Positions 1 through 12,965 of a stretch of DNA of 64,000 bases are shown piece by piece. The position numbers were made by a program, and so were the translations under genes. This stretch comes from the human T2T-CHM13v2.0 reference genome, Homo sapiens: NCBI RefSeq assembly GCF_009914755.1, contig NC_060933.1; one strand, 5' to 3'. Position 1 is the stretch's first letter, and each line of letters begins with the position of its first letter. Below the pieces are notes generated by a model. It made no database searches. It had not been told where the DNA came from and worked only from the letters and a program-made list of their open reading frames with translations.

Positions 1-172
1 GGATATTTGTCCCTGCCCAAATCTCATTCTGAACTGTAATCCCCAATGCTGGAGGTGGGGCCTAGTGGGAGGTGTTTGGATCATGGGAGCGGATTCCTCA
101 CAGCCTGGTGCTGTCTTCATGATAGTGAGTTCTCGCAAGATTTGGTCATTTAAAAGTGTGTGGCACTTTCTC

Positions 173-213
<41 letters not shown>

Positions 214-466
214 ATTCTCTCTCTCTCTCACTCTCTCTATCTCATTCTCTCTCTCTCTCACTCTCTCTCTCTCTCGTTCCTGCTTTTGCGAAGTGAAGTG
301 CCTGCTCCTGTTTCACCTTTTACTGTAATTGGAAGTTTCCCGAGGCCTCCCCAGAAGCAGATGCCATTATACAACTTGCAGAACCATGAGCCAATTAAAC
401 CTCTTTTCTTATACATTACTCAGTCTCAGGTATTTCTTTATAGCAATGCAAGAATGGACTAATACA
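1..466 (+). mobile_element. MaLR solo LTR, MST family (MSTB-like), truncated by the window start, with an internal (CT)n tract at ~168-275
   Basis: MST-type motifs tgtaatccccaatgctggaggtggggcc and gaaccatgagccaattaaacctcttttctt; terminus gaatggactaataca. Confidence 0.85.
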
Positions 467-469
467 CCT

Positions 470-638
470 AGGTATATACAGTGTATATGAAACATAAATG
501 AATTGTGTATTTAGACTTGAGTCCCATACTCAAGATATCTTATTCATGTATAGGCAAATGTTCCAAAATCTGAAAAAAAAATCTGAAATCCAAAACACTT
601 CTTGTCCCAAGCATTTCAGATAAGGGATATTCAATCTG
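470..638. mobile_element. Tigger4/Zombi (MER46)-type DNA transposon terminal fragment
   Basis: ccaaaacacttcttgtcccaagcatttcagataagggatattcaatctg followed by TA matches the Tigger4 terminus. Confidence 0.75.
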
Positions 639-640
639 TA

Positions 641-1185
641 TATATACAATGGAATATTATTTGGGCATAAAAAAAGAATGAGATCTTGCCATTTGCCATA
701 AGATGGATGAGTCTGGAAGATATTATGCTAAGTGAAATAAGCCAGACACAGAAAGAAAAATAATTTGCAAGATCTCATTTATATGTGGAATCTAAAAAAA
801 AAAAAAAAGATCAAATATACAGAGATAGAAGACAAAATAGTGGTTACAAGGGTCGGGGTGGTGGGAGGAAATGGAAAGATGTAGGTCAGAGGATACAAAG
901 TATCAGATACATAGGATGAACAAGTCTAGAGATCTAACATGCAACATGAAGACTATAGGTAACAAAATTGTACTGTATTTCAGATTCATGCCAAATGAGC
1001 ATATTTTAGCTGCTCTTGCCACAAAAAAGTAAAACAAGGAGTAGCTATGTGAGATGATTGATAAATATGTTCATTTGCTTCACTATACTTTTTACTATCT
1101 ATATGCTTCACTTTTACTATCTACATGTATTCCATAACATCTTGTTGTACACATTAAATATATACAATTTATTTAAAAAAAAAAT
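641..1185 (+). mobile_element. L1MA-type LINE-1 3' end
   Basis: caatggaatattat...atgctaagtgaaataagccagacacagaaaga (ORF2 end and 3'UTR), followed by an A-rich tail. Confidence 0.85.
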
Positions 1186-1194
1186 TTTAAAAGA

Positions 1195-1357
1195 AGCTGG
1201 ATACAGTGGCATGCACCTGTAGTCTCAGCTACTCAGGAAGCTGAGGCAGGAGGATTGCTTGAGGCCAGGAGTTGGAGATCACAGTGAGCTAGGATCACGC
1301 CTGTGAGTAGCCACTGCATTCCAGCCTGGGCAACATAGTGAGGCCCCATCAAAAAAG
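1195..1357 (+). mobile_element. FAM (fossil Alu monomer), followed by a (GAAA/GGAA)n tract to ~1458
   Basis: Monomeric; retains the 7SL-derived segment gatcacgcctgtgagtagccactgcattccagcctgggcaacatag that dimeric Alus lack. Confidence 0.8.
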
Positions 1358-1928
1358 AAAGGAAGAAAGGAAGAAGGAAGAAAAGAAGAAAAGAAGGAAG
1401 GAAGGAAGGAAAGAAGGCAAGAAAAAGAAAGAAAGAGAAAGAAAAAGAAAGAAAGAAATCAAAGATGTAAAGGTGCTGATTAATTTATTAAAATTGATTT
1501 AATGTACAAATTTATAAAATTGTACAATTTAATATGAACAATCAGAAAACATACTTTCTGTTCCAAAACCTATACACTATTTACAATAATTTATCGTAAA
1601 GTAGGATACAGAGAAAAATTCAAAGTCCTAAAACCAAAGTTTCACAAGCTATATTCCTGAATGTAATGTAACAAAATTATAAATTAATAACCAAAGTTAG
1701 AAAGAAAAGTCCAACCACTTAAAAATTTTTAAAAATTACTCTAAAAAAATTGTTACAGAACTATAAATTATAATTGCAAATAATTTTAAATAAAAAATTT
1801 TAAACTCTACATTAAAATGTATATAAAATACCCAAACTATTTTCAGAAAAGTATATAGTCATAAATATTTCAATATTAAATAAGAAAGATATCAATGAAT
1901 GAATCTGTTATTTAAAGTCTAAAAAAAG

Positions 1929-2245
1929 GCCGGATACAGTGGCTCACGCCTGTAATCCCAGCACTTTGGGAGGCCAAGGCTGGTGGATCACCTTAGGTCA
2001 GGAGTTTGAGACCAGCCTGGCCAACATGGTGAAACCCATCTCTACTAACCATACAAAAATTAACTGGGCATGGTGGTGTATGCCTGTAATCACAGCTACT
2101 CGGGAGGCTAAGGTAGGAGAATCACTTGAATCTAGGAAGTGGAGGTTGCAGTGAGCCAAGATCACACCAATGCACTCCAGCCTGGGTGACGAGGATGAAA
2201 TTCCATCTCAAAAATTAATAAATAAATAAACAAATAAAAATAAAA
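1929..2245 (+). mobile_element. AluS
   Basis: Full dimer from ggccggatacagtggctcacgcctgtaatcc to ccatctc plus A-rich tail. Confidence 0.95.
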
Positions 2246-3038
2246 TCTAGAAAATAAATTTTTAAAAAATAAGAGAAAGGAATAAATAAATGTAAAATAG
2301 CATGGTAAAGATAAAGGAATAAAAAGATTAAATGTCAGAGTTTCTAATGTATAAGTAAGTAAGAGGGAATTCTGGGAAGATGGGAACAACAGTGGTAAGA
2401 TGGTTTTTAGATATTCCCAATTGCCACATAAAAACAGAGTAACTAGATGGCAAAATCAAAATCTATAAAAAACATTTACAACAAAACTAGGTGACAAGTT
2501 ATCTCCAGGAGCCCCTAAATACAAGTGGGTGGCACAAATCAACAAGAGTCAAGACCTGTGTATTGCTGGCCCCCATGCAAGAGGGAGCAGAAGGATGCAG
2601 CAGGGTGCACCCGAGAACAGGAGCGTTCTGAAGGAGTCAGAGGATTTTCACTGGAAGATGCAGTGGGCCAATTTAAGTGCAGCAGCTAAAGCTGGGAGAG
2701 AACTTGGCTTCCTCCAACAGCAAACGAATACAAAGGAGCCAAAGGGATGGAGCAGTCTCACCTCTACGAAATAGGAGAAATGAAAAATGTAGGCATTTGC
2801 AATGAAAAATTTCTCTAAACTAAAAGATTAAAAATGTGAAATAAATGGAACATTAAAAAAAAGCAAATTACTGATACTGATCCAAGAAAAAATAAAAAAT
2901 TTGAATGGCTGAAAACTCATGACATAAATTAGTGTTCACAACATTACTTGCTCTAAAAATGATATAGGCACGTATGGTTGTGATGGACAAATTCTTTCAG
3001 ATCTTCAAATAAACAGATAATTATTTTTCAATATGTGA

Positions 3039-3380
<342 letters not shown>

Positions 3381-3487
3381 TCACACATACATTTTAAAAA
3401 GCTTGTGGAACAAAAGTATTTATGAACATGGATTTTAAAAATTCTAAAGAACATAAACAAAATACAATATTATAGAAATATTTATTT

Positions 3488-3980
3488 CAAAAAGATACCT
3501 GCACTCATATGTTTATCACAGCACTATTCACAATAGCAAAGATATGGAGTCACCCTAAATGTCCCTCAACAGATTGGATAAAGAAAATGTGAGATGGATA
3601 GATAGATAGAACATGGAATACTATTCAGTCATAAAAAAGAATGAAATCATGTCTTTTGTAGCAACGTGAATGTAACTAGAGTCCAATATCTTAAGTGAAA
3701 CAACTTAGACACAAAAAGACAAGTACTGCATATTCTCACTTATAAACTGGAGCTACATAACATAAACACATGGACATAGAGTATGGAATAATAGACTCTG
3801 GAGACTCAGAAGAGTAGGGGATGAAAGGGGAGTGGATGATGAGAATTTACTTAACGGGTACAATGTATATTATTCCAGTGATGGATACACTAAAAGCCCT
3901 GACTTCACCACTATGCAATATATCCATGTAACAAAATTACACTGGTATTCCATACATTTATACAAATAAAAAAAAGAAAG
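3488..3980 (+). mobile_element. L1PB-type LINE-1 3' end
   Basis: gcactattcacaatagcaaagatatgg...gacttcaccactatgcaatatatccatgtaacaaaa, then aataaa and poly(A). Confidence 0.88.
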
Positions 3981-4868
3981 AACAATAATCTATGTCCAAA
4001 TAAGATTTAACCTAGGAAATCTAGTAAGGTAATTTATTCCACCAATAGGCCAAGAGAGAAAAAATACCCATTAGATCAGCTTAATAGATGATGATAAGTA
4101 ATTAATAAAATTAAATATTTATTCCTGATTTTAAAGATTCCTTGTAAATTAAAAAAATTATTCAACCTTAACATGGTACTATTTATCTTTCTAATATACA
4201 CAACTTCAGATGTTATGATGAAATACTGGAAATATTCTCATTAAATAAAAAAGTAAGATAAGTCTTCCCAGTATTGCCACTATTATTCAAAATTATTCTG
4301 GAACTGCTTCACCGTGCAATAAGTAAAGAAAAGGAAAAAAAGAGTTATAAATATTGGAAGGAAAAAATGTTATTTCCTAATGTTGACATTATCTTCCTAA
4401 AAAACCTTAAAAATTAAAAATAAAAATAATTAGAGATAATTATCTCCTCCCAAGTGGTTTTCTAATTAAACAGACAAAAGAAAAAAATGTGCTTATAAGT
4501 GGTATAATTACATTTAAAAACAAAAAATGTACTCCATAAGTAACCTCTATCCCTTCCTTCTCCAACATATATAGATTAAGTTTTGTCTTAGCTCTAGGTC
4601 ATAATTTAATTAAAGGGAGATTGATCTTATGACTCTGACTCTGTTTTAAAAAGTAAATATTTTCCTGTTTTTTGCATTATAAATAAACTACCTGTTTATT
4701 GTATAAATTTTAGAAAAATACAGATGAGATTCACGGGTTCTAAGGACTAGGGGGAAAAAGAAAATACAGGTGAGAAGAATTAAGAAGTAAGTAAAGATCA
4801 CCCTCCAACCACAGAAAACCACTATTAATATCCTAAAATATATAAACCACTTATCCAGTTTATTTATC

Positions 4869-5169
<301 letters not shown>

Positions 5170-5246
5170 TTATTTATCTATGTTACATAATTATTCTCTT
5201 GCCTAAATTTCCATATCACATAAAAGTTAAAACACAGTTTTCTTAT

Positions 5247-5760
5247 TGCAGTAGGTTGAATAATAGTTCCCAAAGATATCTAGGCCCTAATCCCTGGACA
5301 CTGTGAATGTTAGTTTATATGGCAAAAGGGACTTTGCAGATGTGATTAAGTTAAGGGTGTTAGAATGGAAAGACTATCTTGGTTTATTCAGATGGGCTCT
5401 AAGTATGATCAAAAATGTCCCTATAAGATGATGACACAGAGAAGATGACACAGAAGAAGGCAATATAACAATGTGACACCCGAAGCAAGATGTGACCCAT
5501 CCGAAGCCAAAATTATGCTTTTGGCTTTGGAAAAGTCAAAAGCCAAGGAATACAAGCTTCCACTAGGAGCTAGAAAAGGCAAGGAAATGGATTCTCCCCA
5601 AGACCCTCCAGAGGGAGCAGAGCCTTGCTGACACCTTGGTGTTGGTCCAGTGCAACTGATTTTCAGACTTCTGACCTCCAGAGCTATAAGAGAATACATG
5701 TATGTGGTTTTAAGTCACCAAGCTTGCAGTAACTTACAGCAGCAATAGAAAACCAATACA
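5247..5760 (+). mobile_element. MLT1 (MLT1C/D-like) MaLR solo LTR
   Basis: atatggcaaaagggactttgcagatgtgattaagttaagg; terminus agcagcaatagaaaaccaataca. Confidence 0.85.
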
Positions 5761-5894
5761 CTTATGAAATCATTTTTGATTAATAAACAACTCAGGAGCA
5801 ATATTGTACAATTAGATATTGGTCTTGTACGTTAAAAAAAACCAAACTGCAAAACATCCCCCTACCCTATCCCCGCAAAAGGTATGTCCCCCTA

Positions 5895-6296
5895 TGTAGT
5901 GTGATGGATCCCCCACCAGGTTACTTAAGGGTGTATCTCTGCTCCCTAAACCCTGAAGACTGGGCAGTGAGCCAAGGCCATGGTGCCCAGTCGAGGAGCA
6001 AGTGACCCTGAGAACCCAAACATCCCAGAGAGTATCTGAGAACCTACCAAGGGAAACAGTCTCATCACTCAAACACTGTAGGCAAAGAACCAGAAAATTA
6101 GCTTCAAAGCAGCTTAGAGACCGAAGGTGGCATGGATGTCTAGAGAGGTCCTGCCGCCATCCAGGAGTGCCCGGTATGTAGGTCCTAATAAATTCATCTA
6201 CTCATCAAGGTGGATGTGTGCAAGTCATTCTTTAGTTTCTTGGCTTCTTCCCAGTTTGGGCGGGAGGTGTTACAATCCCAAGTTTTTCTCATCACA
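5895..6296 (+). mobile_element. ERV solo LTR (tentatively ERVL class, LTR47-like)
   Basis: ~400-bp GC-richer block with TG...CA ends and aataaa at ~6187; ccctgagaacccaaacatcc recalled from an ERVL LTR family; family name uncertain. Confidence 0.6.
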
Positions 6297-6714
6297 CCAT
6301 GGCAAAGTCCTCTGAATAGAATGAGGCTTTTGGAAAGAGGGTATTTAAATGTATTAAAATAAATTTACAATAATTTGCATGTAAGAAAGAAATAAAGGAT
6401 ATACAACTTGTAATGAACACAAAGACGACAGCAGGAAAAAATAACTATCAGAAAGCTGAAATCCTGAATGAGATGAGACTTCTGGGGGAGGTTGGTAGTG
6501 AATAGTGCTAGACAAAAACATCATTCCAAGGTGTGTTCCAAGCAAAAAAGAATAACAAGGAAGGGATGGGCCAAGGGATGACATGACGGAGTGTCAACTA
6601 ATAGATGACCTAGAAGTAGCAAGATCACTCAGGCAGTGCGGCGCCATTCTTGTTTCATAAAAATCATCTTCAAATAGAAACAGGAAGACAAAAGATGACC
6701 ATCATGGAATTTAT

Positions 6715-7245
6715 TGTGATATAGACACACAGTGGAATACTATTTGGCTATTTAAAAAAAATGAATGAAATCCTGTCGTTCCTGGAACATGGATGAGCCT
6801 GGGGGACATGATAGGTGAAATAAGCCAGGCACAGGAAGATAAATACTGCAGGTTGTCACTCATGTATGAGAGCTGGGGTTTAAAAAAAAAGCTGAGCTCA
6901 TAGAAGTAGAGAGTAGAACTGTGCTTATCAGAGGCTGGGAAGGGTAGGAAGGAGGGAGAATAGGGAGAGATTGGTTAACAGAAACAAAGTTACAGCCAGA
7001 TGGGAGGAATACATTTTAGTGTTCTATAGCACTGTGGGGTGAATATGGCTAAAAATAATTTAGTGTACCTTTTCAAAAAGCTTGGAGAGGATTTTGAATG
7101 TTCACAACACAAAGAAATGATAAATGTTCAAGGTGATGAATATGCTAATTATCCTCATTTGATCATTAAACATTGTATACATGTATCAAAATATTACCGT
7201 CTCATAAGTATGTATAGTTATTATCTGTCAACTAAAAAAAGGAAA
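6715..7245 (+). mobile_element. L1MA-type LINE-1 3' end
   Basis: gtgaaataagccaggcacag...gaggattttgaatgttcacaacacaaagaaatgataaatgtt. Confidence 0.88.
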
Positions 7246-7309
7246 AGATGATGGACTTTATGTCATGATAAGTAAAGTGACATTAAGAGTTTCTGGTTAC
7301 ATTAAATCA

Positions 7310-7520
7310 ATGCATTCATTCAGTCAGTCAACAAATGTTTACCTAGTGCCTAATATGTCCCAGGCACTGGGAACCCCACAGAGACCAAAAACGCCAAGGT
7401 CCCATCTTCATGCAGGTTGTAGCTCAAGTGGGAGACATGGCATTACAAATAATCACATGATTATATCAGCGCAAATTGTGTTAAGAGGAGTGAAAAAAGA
7501 AAAAGATGACCTGAGATTGT
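7310..7520 (-). mobile_element. L2 3' fragment (similar fragments at ~12490-12720 and ~14080-14420)
   Basis: cattcattcagtcagtcaacaaatgtttacctagtgcctaatatgtcccaggcactggg is the antisense of the L2 3' end. Confidence 0.65.
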
Positions 7521-8290
7521 ACCAAGGACTCACTTTACATTGGAGATGAAGTTGGGAGTGTCTAGGAAACTTGCTGTTGAGAAGCAATATTCACTTCTAT
7601 GAATGTCATCCAACCCAGGCAACTATGTGAGGGACTAAAAGGACACACAGATGTGACTACAGAAACACAGTCAGCACTCCTGAAACACACACAAAGAATA
7701 TGAAAAGGTGGGAGATGGAAAAATATACCCTTTCCGAAAAGTGGAGGAAACGTGGATGCTGGAAACTACAGACCAAAAACAAAAAGCTATGAGCATGAGA
7801 AAACAAAGTGGCTTTACCAGTCAGTTCACAAAGAACAAATCTTAGGAAGGAAGCTCATGCTGGCACCTACCCCTGCCTTCTGCTGAAGTCCACCAGCTCA
7901 CTCTGAGTCTCTTAATCAGAGATAAGAGATTTGCCTCCTAATATTAGCTGATGAGTTTGATATGTTTAGAGACTCAAAAACAACTCCGCATAAAAAAATT
8001 CTTGTACCTTCCATTTGTTGCCTGTGTCTTCTCTCTGGCTAAAGGGATTTTCAAATCTATGCTTATGGAAGGAACAGTGTAATTGCTCTTTAAGGACCCT
8101 GTTTCCACCAGAAACATTCTGCCATGATGCAGCCATGACTTACATCCTCGCTTACCTCCTGGAAAGGTAGAAAGGAAAAAAAACCATATGGTGGTATAAT
8201 TCCTGCTGGCCTGAGTTAGAACTGCATAATGATCTTTCAACCTATAGGTTCTTTCACTTCCTTGCAGCTTTTGCCGTCTGTTATATATAG

Positions 8291-8629
8291 CAGCAGTCCC
8301 CAACCTTTTTGGCACCAGGGACTGGTTTTGTGGAAGATAATTTTTCCATGGATGGTGGGGGACGGGGGATGGTGTCAGGATGAAACTGTTCTACCTCAGA
8401 GCATCAGGCATTAGTTAGATTCTCATAACGAATGTTCAACCTAGACCCCTCACATGCGCAGTTCACAACAGGGTTAGGGCTCCTATGAAAATCTAATGCT
8501 GATCTGGCGGGAGGCGCAGCTCAGGCAGGAATGCTCCAACGCTGGCCACTCACCTCCTCCTGTGCAGCCCGGCTCCTAACAGGCCATAGACTAGTACTGG
8601 TCTGCAGCCCGGGGGGTTGGGGATCCCTG
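8291..8629 (+). mobile_element. MER1B (hAT-Charlie non-autonomous element)
   Basis: TIRs cagcagtccccaacc and ggttggggatccctg; 8-bp TSD atatatag/atatatat. Confidence 0.92.
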
Positions 8630-8636
8630 ATATATA

Positions 8637-9268
8637 TGATGGTTAATTTTACATGTCAATTTGACTGGGCCACAGGATGCCCAGTCAAATAATGGTTAAA
8701 CATTATTTGCAGGTGTGTCTGTGAAGGTGTTTCTGGATAAGATTAGCATTTGGATCAGGACACTGAGCAAAGCATATTGCCCTCCCCAATGTGGGTGGGC
8801 CTCCCCCAATCCACTGATGACCTGAATAGAACAAAATGGAAGTGGAAGGGAGAATTCACTCTCTGTCTCTGCCTGACTGCTTAAGTGGGGACATGGTCTT
8901 CTCCTGCTCTAGACTAGAACTATCACCCTCAGCTCCTCTTGTTCTTAGGCCTTCAGATTCAGACTAAAACTATACCACCACCTTTCCTGAGTCCCTAGCT
9001 TGCCAATTTATCTTGCAGATTTTGAGACTTGCCAGCCTCCATAATTACATGAACAAATTCCTTATAATAAATCTCTCTCTCTCCTTCTCTCTCTCTCTCC
9101 ACATATATATATATATATACACACACAATTTTAAAATATATATTTAAAAATATATAATATATATTACATGTTATATATTATTACACATATATAATACAAA
9201 CTATATTTAAAATTAGCATCTATAAAATCTCCTATTAGTTCAGTTTCTCTGGTAAATCCTAACTAATC
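8637..9268 (+). mobile_element. MLT2 (ERVL) solo LTR with internal (CT)n(TA)n low-complexity expansion
   Basis: tgatggttaattttacatgtcaatttgactgggccac...; resumes after the AT tract with ctcctattagttcagtttctctgg. Confidence 0.87.
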
Positions 9269-9333
9269 CTACTTACTACATATTCATATATACATTATAT
9301 ATACAATATTATTATATATAAAATTTTCTTAAC

Positions 9334-9636
9334 CAGCACAGCTCAATAGAAATATAATGCAAGCCATATATAATTTTAAATCTTCTAGTAACTACATGTT
9401 TAAAAAAGTGGAATTAATTTTAATAGTATTTTTATTTAACTCAATATATCCAAAATATCATTTAAACATTAATATAAAAAACTATTAATGAAATATGTTG
9501 CAATCTTTTTTTACTTCTAAGTTGTCAAAATCTAGTATGTTTATTACACTAACAGCACATCTCAGTTAGGATAAGCTGCATCTCAAATGCTCCGTAGCCA
9601 CCTGTGGCTAAAGGCTACCACACTGGACAGCACAGT
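9334..9636 (+). mobile_element. MER33 (hAT-Charlie)
   Basis: caatagaaatataatgcaagcca...tagccacctgtggctaaaggctaccacactggacagcacag. Confidence 0.85.
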
Positions 9637-10732
9637 CCTAAACTGTAACTTACTTTTCTATTCTAGAAAACAACAGATGTCAGGTGTAGCAGAACATTTC
9701 AAGAAAAATATGAAATGGAAACTTCATAGGAAGATTCGGTTCATAGGAAAGGTCAGGTTCATAGGAAAATGTGGGCCCTCCCACCAGGGCAAAGAAAGTT
9801 CCCTGCTACCTGGTGTGGCTTCAGGCAGTGCCACCACATTGGACAACAACAGGAGACACCACTGATGTGGCAGAGCCATGCAACCGTGGCAGTCCTGACT
9901 TCAGGGATTAGGATTAAGACAGGCTGCCCTGAGCAAAAAGTGACCCCTATACACAGTGCCTTGGTGCAAATAAAACTCCACATTACTCTCCTTTTTTAGG
10001 ATAATACCTTGCAAGAAGCAGTCAACAGCAACTTTCACCCATACTGTTTATATGTTAAGCCATCATCAGCTAATAAGGCATTTGCTTAAATTTTCTTCAT
10101 TAGATGGTACAGATTGGAACAGCATTGTGTGACAATATAGAGTTTCACATATTTTTCTGTCATTATCTTATTTAATCCTAATATAACTATGTATCATTGC
10201 ACTGGAATAAGGCACAAAAAATCAGTAAGTTTTGATGAGTGCACCAAATGATTTGACATCACTTAGTACTAATTAAATTACTGAGATACGAACTCTCATT
10301 AATATAGACTACACACACACACACACACACACACAATTCTTAAGATATGTCTTTTGAAAGTTTTTGCTGACTCAGGTCTGAGCAAGGAAGTAGTGAAGGA
10401 TTGTCCAATGAGAGTAGCCCATGAGATCAGATAGATATGGAGGGTTCAAGACTAGCAACCTTAGGAAAACTGTGCCAGAAGGAAGAATGATGCTCTTAAT
10501 GGGATGCAAAGCAGATGAGTCAAGCATCCCAAAAGTTAAATTTCAGTGGGTTGCCATAATAGAGTAAAAGGAAAGCCAGATGGATGCGCAGGTCTCAAAA
10601 CAGAATGAAATGAGACTAGATCTAGAACCAGGTGAGTTAATTGCCAATATGGGAACTCATCTGGTGAACACAGCCAGTCTGTCCTTCAGGCATGGCTTAA
10701 CACCTGCTGGGCTGACGGCACATCTTTTAGTG

Positions 10733-10906
10733 CAGAATTTCTCAAACTTTACTGGTCAGAGATTCCCCTGGGGATCTTGTTAAAGGGTAGAATCTGATTC
10801 TTCTGACTCGGTAGATTGGATGTCAGGTGGAGAGTCTGCATTTCTGATGACCTCCCAGGTGATGCTGATGCTGCCGGTCTAAAGGCTACATTTTGAGTAG
10901 CAAGGA
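10733..10906. mobile_element. MER5A (hAT-Charlie)
   Basis: tttctcaaacttt...ctgcatttctgatgacctcccaggtgatgctgatgctgccggtc...ttttgagtagca. Confidence 0.8.
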
Positions 10907-11544
10907 ATTAGAGGGCAGAATCTTGTCATAAGTCAAGGATGATGACAGTGGAAATGCATTTTTTTACTCTCATCTTTGCTCCACATAACCCTAATGGCTT
11001 TTAAAACAATTATTTCAATCAATGCTCTTTAAGAATCATACATAGTAAAGAATCTGCTAAGCCTGTACTTGGACAAGTACAAAGATCTCTGTTAGGCAAG
11101 AAACATTCTGTGTCTTCAAGGAGGGCATGGTCTACCAGAAAAAGTAGAAGGACGCCTCTCCACTCCTTCCTGTTTCAGGAGTAACCTGGGGTACAGTGAT
11201 AGAAAGATAGCCAAAGACAATGCCCACATGAATCTTAAAAATGGCATCAGAAATTTAACTCTTTAAAGTGGCATGGCTCCAAGTCTCTGCTTAAGAGCAA
11301 TTCCAAGTAGAAAGCAAAACAAGAAGAAAAAAATTTCAGGAGAAATAGTAGTCAGGCGGTCTGAGTTAAAACCTCCAAACTCAACACCAACATCATCAAA
11401 CCCAAGTTCATAGCACTGAAAACTTGAAAACTTTTACTGCCAATGTTAACAAACCAATTATGCTAAGATTGTTCTTCAACTTAAAAGAGTTTAGGAAAGC
11501 ATATGGGGGTTATAGTCCCCCCTCCTTTGTCAAGAAATCACCAA

Positions 11545-11760
11545 ATAATAATAGCCACTTTATTTTAGCATTTACTGTGACCCAGGAGTAATAAGTGCTC
11601 TAAAAGTATTATTTAATCCTCATAACAAACCCATGTAGCAGGTATTGCTGTTAACCCCATTTTATAGAAGAGGGACAAAGTTTCTGATAAATTAAGCAAC
11701 CCACCATAAGTCATACAGCTAGTAAGAAATAAGCCAGGATTCCAAACAAAGGCTGGCTGG
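11545..11760 (-). mobile_element. MIR SINE
   Basis: atttaatcctcataacaaaccc...ccccattttatagaagagg (MIR core). Confidence 0.75.
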
Positions 11761-12749
11761 AATTTTTCATAATAAAAAGTTTTTTTAATTAAAAGACTAT
11801 TTAATTCTAAAGCCAAATCATAATTTAAAATTATCATAACCATATCTACTCAAGCTACTTCATGGTGCATTTATGAAGCTCTGCTGAAATAAGAGATTTG
11901 AAAGTGCTTGAAAAATATCTGCAGCTAAAACAAGAAATAAACACAGAAAGACAGAATGAGAGAGAGAAGCTAGAAAACAAAGGTGCTCTGTAAACTATAG
12001 AGGATGATTTTAGTTGCTCATATGATTTATCATTACAAGGTTCCAAGACTGCAGAGCCAAGTCAAGGCTGTAAACATAAATCAATGCATCTTCCAGCATC
12101 AGGAGATAAAAGACCTCTTTGAACTCTAGACTTCAACTTCTCTTAGCCTTGATATCACCTAGTGCTGATTCATATAAATAAAGCCTAAATGTGAGGAAGA
12201 CTGTGTCCCTGTTCCTTAAGAAAATACCAGTGGCATTCTCTCCTCATCTCTCTCTCTCACACACACACACATACATACATAGACACACACACACACTTAG
12301 ATCTAAGCCTCAACTTCCTCTTCTTATACAGGGAAAAAACAGATCCAGAGAATAGTAATAGGCCCAAAGCCTAACTAGACAATATAAGAATTAACATTTT
12401 AACCATCTGTTTGGTTCCATACTGCCTCTTCTTTAAAAAAGGAACTGGAAGTAGAATGGGCTATACCTTCATTCATGGAAAAACATTGTTTTTATTCATT
12501 TATCTTTTAATGCATGTTCATCAGAGCTAGATACTGTGTAAGTGCAAGAGCACAAAGGTGAATGAGATAGCATCTTTCCCCTCATAAAGCTAGAGTCCAA
12601 GAATTTATCTGTGCTGGGCACTATCTTAGCCTTTTTGCAAATGCAAAGATAAGTCAGATCAGTTCCTGTCCTCAAGGAGCTATTACCTAATGAGGAAGGT
12701 AAACATATAAACAATTAAACTTACATTTACATACAGATGTGGGATCCTG

Positions 12750-12965
12750 AAGAATGGATAAAGGTGACTATAATGAACAACAATGCGCTGTGTATTTCAA
12801 AATAGCTAGAAAAGAGGACTTGAAATGTTCCCAAGACATAGAAATGATACTCAAAGTGATGGACACCACAAATACCCTGACTTGATCATGACACCAGTCT
12901 ATGCATGTAACAAAATATCACATGTACCCCATAAATATGGACAAATATTATGTATAGATAAAAAT
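12750..12965 (+). mobile_element. Short L1MA-type 3' end
   Basis: tgtatttcaaaatagctagaaaagaggacttgaaatgttccc...cacatgtaccccataaatat. Confidence 0.82.

Noticed and set aside
65-462. Ser/Leu-rich ORFs
   Set aside because: Translations of a (CT)n microsatellite inside an MST LTR.
2365-2770. Possible old L1 5' end fragment
   Set aside because: Resemblance is too weak to assign without a Dfam search.
11840-11990. Minus-strand polypyrimidine tract and acceptor (ttcttgttttagctgcag)
   Set aside because: No convincing donor downstream, and all three frames stop within ~70 nt.
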